Shown: piece after piece, positions 61,218 through 64,000 of the stretch
How positions within the stretch are numbered: position 1 is the stretch's first letter
How the letters are laid out: each line of letters starts with the position of its first letter
From: Kiritimatiellia bacterium
GTDB taxonomy: Bacteria > Verrucomicrobiota > Kiritimatiellia > JAAZAB01
Reading direction: 5' to 3'
Assembly: GCA_040767085.1 (NCBI GenBank)
Contig: JAXGPF010000007.1
Span: 128,001-192,000 of the forward strand
DNA: 64,000 bases
The notes under the pieces: model-generated
Databases searched by the model: none
Told to the model about the DNA's origin: nothing
Seen by the model: the letters and a program-made list of their open reading frames with translations, nothing else
Program-made: the position numbers and the translations under genes

Positions 61218-62117
61218 TCAGGCTTCCGCCCACAGGGACCGGATCGCATCACGGGAGACCAGCAGCGGATCTGTCTGGCCCGCATCGCTGATATCCGCGG
61301 CATAGTTGCGCGACATGGCATCCAGGCACACTTCAATGGTAAACTTGCCCTTGAATCCGACCTGCTTCAGCGCTCGGAAAAGGGATCGTAAATCCAGGTT
61401 GCCGTAGCCGAGATGCCTGTGTTCGTCCGCCAGGCCCCGATTATCGCTGAAGTGGACTTCCAGCACCTCAAAAGGCAGCCTGCAAACGTATGCGCCTATT
61501 TCGGTTTCGCCCTCGACCCCGCCGCTGCGCACATGAATGTTTGCATGGCCGGCATCAAGCAACATGCCGACTCCGGGCGCGCAAAGACTCTTGAAGCGCG
61601 TGAAATTGTCCAACGTGCGATATGCGCCCGGACCGCCATGGCTGTTTTCCAATCCGACTTTTATGCTCAACCCGCGCAACCCCGCCTCCAGCATGTCAAT
61701 AAAACCGCGGTTCGCTTCGTAGTCGAAATGCCGGATATGCTCCTGGCCTGGCAGAACAAGAGGATCCGAACAGCAGGAGTGCACGCCGTTGGTATTTTCA
61801 TGCCACCAGATGACGTTGTCGATCATTGCCCGGACAAAATCGGCATCCGGCTTTCCGTCCTTTATTCGGGTTTGCGGAACGTTGCCGTGGTATGTCACGT
61901 AAAATCCGGATGATTTGATGGCCGCGGCCGCATCCTCTCTTTCCTTGGGTTTGCAGTCCATCACGTATTGCAGGAGCGAAACACCCTGAAAACCGTTCCG
62001 GATCAGCCACTCGATTCGGTCTGCAAGTTTGCCGCCCTTGAGAAGCCATTGCGCCACGCCGATCGGTGGAAGGCCGTCATCGGGACTGTTTGCTTTGCTT
62101 GTCATTGCGTCAGTCAT
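61218..62117 (-). CDS. Sugar phosphate isomerase/epimerase family protein
   Basis: GLEN, LDAGHA, VHFSDN, EHRHLGYG, TIEV. Confidence 0.8.
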   Translation of the reverse strand: MTDAMTSKANSPDDGLPPIGVAQWLLKGGKLADRIEWLIRNGFQGVSLLQYVMDCKPKEREDAAAAIKSSGFYVTYHGNVPQTRIKDGKPDADFVRAMIDNVIWWHENTNGVHSCCSDPLVLPGQEHIRHFDYEANRGFIDMLEAGLRGLSIKVGLENSHGGPGAYRTLDNFTRFKSLCAPGVGMLLDAGHANIHVRSGGVEGETEIGAYVCRLPFEVLEVHFSDNRGLADEHRHLGYGNLDLRSLFRALKQVGFKGKFTIEVCLDAMSRNYAADISDAGQTDPLLVSRDAIRSLWAEA

Positions 62118-62926
62118 CCGTGGAGGTCGGGCGTCAAGGCGAAAGGCATGATGTGCTCACGGGTCAGGTTCAATGCCCGCGCGAAAGACATCAGCTCCGG
62201 CAATTTTTTCTGCGACTCGGGGTCGTGGGCATCGGTGCCGAAAGTGAATTTACAGCCCGCTTTCTTGGCGATGGACAGGAAGCGAATGGGGGTCTCAATG
62301 GAGAAGGCGGCTACGCGCGGAGAGGGCAGAAAGGACGCATTCACTTCGATGCCGACTCCCGCTCCGGCGGCAAGGCTGAACAGGTCAAAGAACTCGTCGT
62401 CTGAAATGGCGGACAGGACGGCATCGAACCGGTCCATGTACCCGAGCAACAGGAACGGATGCGCGATGACCGTGGCGATTCCGCTCGTGACGGCGGCGCG
62501 GAAAAACCGGGTGGCGAGCGCCGCAATATCGCGGGGTGCGGGGCTTGCCGGCCGTTCGGCGAACTTGAAATGGAAATGGCTGCACGCCAGGAGCACGAAA
62601 TCCAGTTCGCGGGCGAATTCCGGCGTCAGCCCCACTTGGCCGGGAGCAATCATGTCGGCTTCGCACCCTACAAGGACCCGCACAGGGGACGAAATCGAAG
62701 CGAGGTCAGCCCGCAGTCTGGATATCTGGTTCTGATCCTGCGGGCGATACCACTCCGGCGGCGGGATGTCCGGATTGACCCAGATGTGATCGGCAAACCC
62801 GATCGTCTCCACGCCCATGCTTTCGGCCAACTCGAGAATTGCGCCCGGCGTCTGGCGGTCTTTGGCTTTGCAACACGTCGAGAGGTATGTGTGGAGATGG
62901 AGATCATGGGTCAGCTTCATGTTCAT
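62114..62926 (-). CDS. PHP-domain phosphoesterase
   Basis: DLHLHT, FADH, GCEAD, AHP, GTDAH. Confidence 0.88.
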   Translation of the reverse strand: MNMKLTHDLHLHTYLSTCCKAKDRQTPGAILELAESMGVETIGFADHIWVNPDIPPPEWYRPQDQNQISRLRADLASISSPVRVLVGCEADMIAPGQVGLTPEFARELDFVLLACSHFHFKFAERPASPAPRDIAALATRFFRAAVTSGIATVIAHPFLLLGYMDRFDAVLSAISDDEFFDLFSLAAGAGVGIEVNASFLPSPRVAAFSIETPIRFLSIAKKAGCKFTFGTDAHDPESQKKLPELMSFARALNLTREHIMPFALTPDLHG

Positions 62927-63171
62927 GCGTAAAACCTATCAAAAATTACGGCGTTAAACGAGGCAAAATCGGATTGATTGGCTGAATTCCTATGGGACAG
63001 CCACGTGTCCAAAAAGGGGGTGCATAGTGGAATTAGACAAAAACACCGGAACTGAACTTCTGGAAACCAATGCATATTTATTAGGAAATAAAGGCTTTTT
63101 CAGGCCCGATATTCTTCCTGTGGGATGCAACTGTTTTCATATCATTGCATGCACATCCTTGTCCTATAAGG

Positions 63172-63214
63172 ATAGCGCATTGCGGTGTTTATGCAATGAA
63201 TTTTTAAGGCGGGG
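63172..63214. repeat. 43-bp imperfect direct repeat, copy 2
   Basis: ATAGCGCATTGCGGTGTTTATGCAATGAATTTTTAAGGCGGGG; matches 50629-50671. Confidence 0.85.
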
Positions 63215-63225
63215 CGTTTTCGCCG

Positions 63226-63254
63226 TTGACCGGATGCCGCCGGGATGTTAGGAT
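63226..63254 (+). promoter_or_regulatory. sigma70 promoter of tRNA-Pro
   Basis: TTGACC-N17-TAGGAT with extended -10 TG. Confidence 0.65.
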
Positions 63255-63269
63255 ACAGGTTTTGGATGT

Positions 63270-63346
63270 CGGGGCGTAGCGCAGACTGGTAGCGCGTTTG
63301 CTTGGGGTGCAAAAGGTCGCGGGTTCAAATCCCGCCGCTCCGACCA
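63270..63346 (+). tRNA. tRNA-Pro(GGG)
   Basis: CGGGGCGTAGCGCAGACTGGTAGCGCGTTTGCTTGGGGTGCAAAAGGTCGCGGGTTCAAATCCCGCCGCTCCGACCA. Confidence 0.95.
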
Positions 63347-63545
63347 TACTTCGCTCGGAGCGGAGCGACGAGCGAAGTATGCCCTACGTAGCACGGCGCC
63401 GCGCCGGGCGAAGCAGGGCCGGCTCGATGGTTCCCGCTCCGTGCTACGTACTTGTCCTGCGAAGCCTTGGCGAAGCAGGATGGCACGCCAGCAGCGAGCG
63501 AAGGCTGCCGCGCCGTAGTGGCGCAGCCACGAAGGCGGGCAAGCT
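63345..63545. repeat. Series of palindromes downstream of tRNA-Pro
   Basis: CATACTTCGCTCG/CGAGCGAAGTATG; TACGTAGCACGG/CCGTGCTACGTA; TCCTGC...GCAGGA. Confidence 0.7.
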
Positions 63546-63639
63546 ACTGGTGGACGAAATCCATAAATTCCGACTCGTCCGCCGCAACTCCGGCAGCGCC
63601 CCCACCCCATAACTTCAGCGGGTGCAACCGCTCCGCCGG

Positions 63640-64000
63640 TCAGCGCCGGTTGGCGGCATTGGCCTTTTCTATCCGGGCAAAGTAATCATCGAGCAATTCC
63701 AGCCCGAATTCCCGGACCAGGTCCATGGCCGACCGCTTGTCGGTGTTGCTGTAGATCAACGCGGAACCGATGTTGGGCGGGATATCGATGGCGACTTCAT
63801 CGCGGTATTTGCGTTCAATGTCGGGAAAACGGGCACGGTTGTAATCCAGGTGCACCATGGCGCGGTCCAGGTTGATGCGGGCGCGGGGATTGACGGTGTA
63901 GCAGTCGGACAGCGCCAGGGGGCGGCCGAACGGATCGAGAATGCCGCAACCGTGGAAATAAAGGGCGGAGGCGAAAAAAGCCCGGCATTTATAGGCCCAG
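63640..64000 (-). CDS. 3' part of a probable carbon-nitrogen hydrolase family protein
   Basis: Frame open from the window edge: WAYKCRAFFASA...ILDPFGR...INLD...HLDYN...EFGLELLDDYFAR. Confidence 0.55.
   Translation of the reverse strand, partial: WAYKCRAFFASALYFHGCGILDPFGRPLALSDCYTVNPRARINLDRAMVHLDYNRARFPDIERKYRDEVAIDIPPNIGSALIYSNTDKRSAMDLVREFGLELLDDYFARIEKANAANRR

Overview
High-GC bacterial chromosomal window. Gene content and order (dnaK-groES-groEL, two PilB/GspE genes around pilT behind gatCAB, many secreted glycan-active proteins) suggest the PVC superphylum, probably Kiritimatiellota/Lentisphaerota (inference). Most of the window is housekeeping: partial rpoD-like gene, chaperones, HU/IHF, hisS, TRAP transporter, recN, mtnP, MsbA-like ABC exporter, trxB, dimeric dUTPase, gatCAB, thiG, a pyr/arg cluster and four tRNAs (Thr-CGT, Ile2/Met-CAT, Cys-GCA, Pro-GGG). 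There are two accessory carbohydrate clusters, at 35.1-45.2 kb (LacI) and 51.0-62.9 kb (GntR/LacI hybrid); the second is bracketed by a 43-bp imperfect direct repeat. The most interesting signal is an unannotated gene pair at 11.2-14.6 kb next to a rhomboid protease. The first gene ends in a MotA/TolQ/ExbB-like channel signature. The second begins with a MotB/ExbD-like Asp-bearing helix, followed by a long coiled coil and an apparently dead trypsin-like domain, which together make a candidate non-canonical ion-driven envelope motor. Other items: a sigma54 promoter with paired enhancer-like sites upstream of dnaK, several REP/MITE-like palindromes, a candidate structured RNA and two gene remnants. 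All calls are by eye from motifs; no database searches were run.
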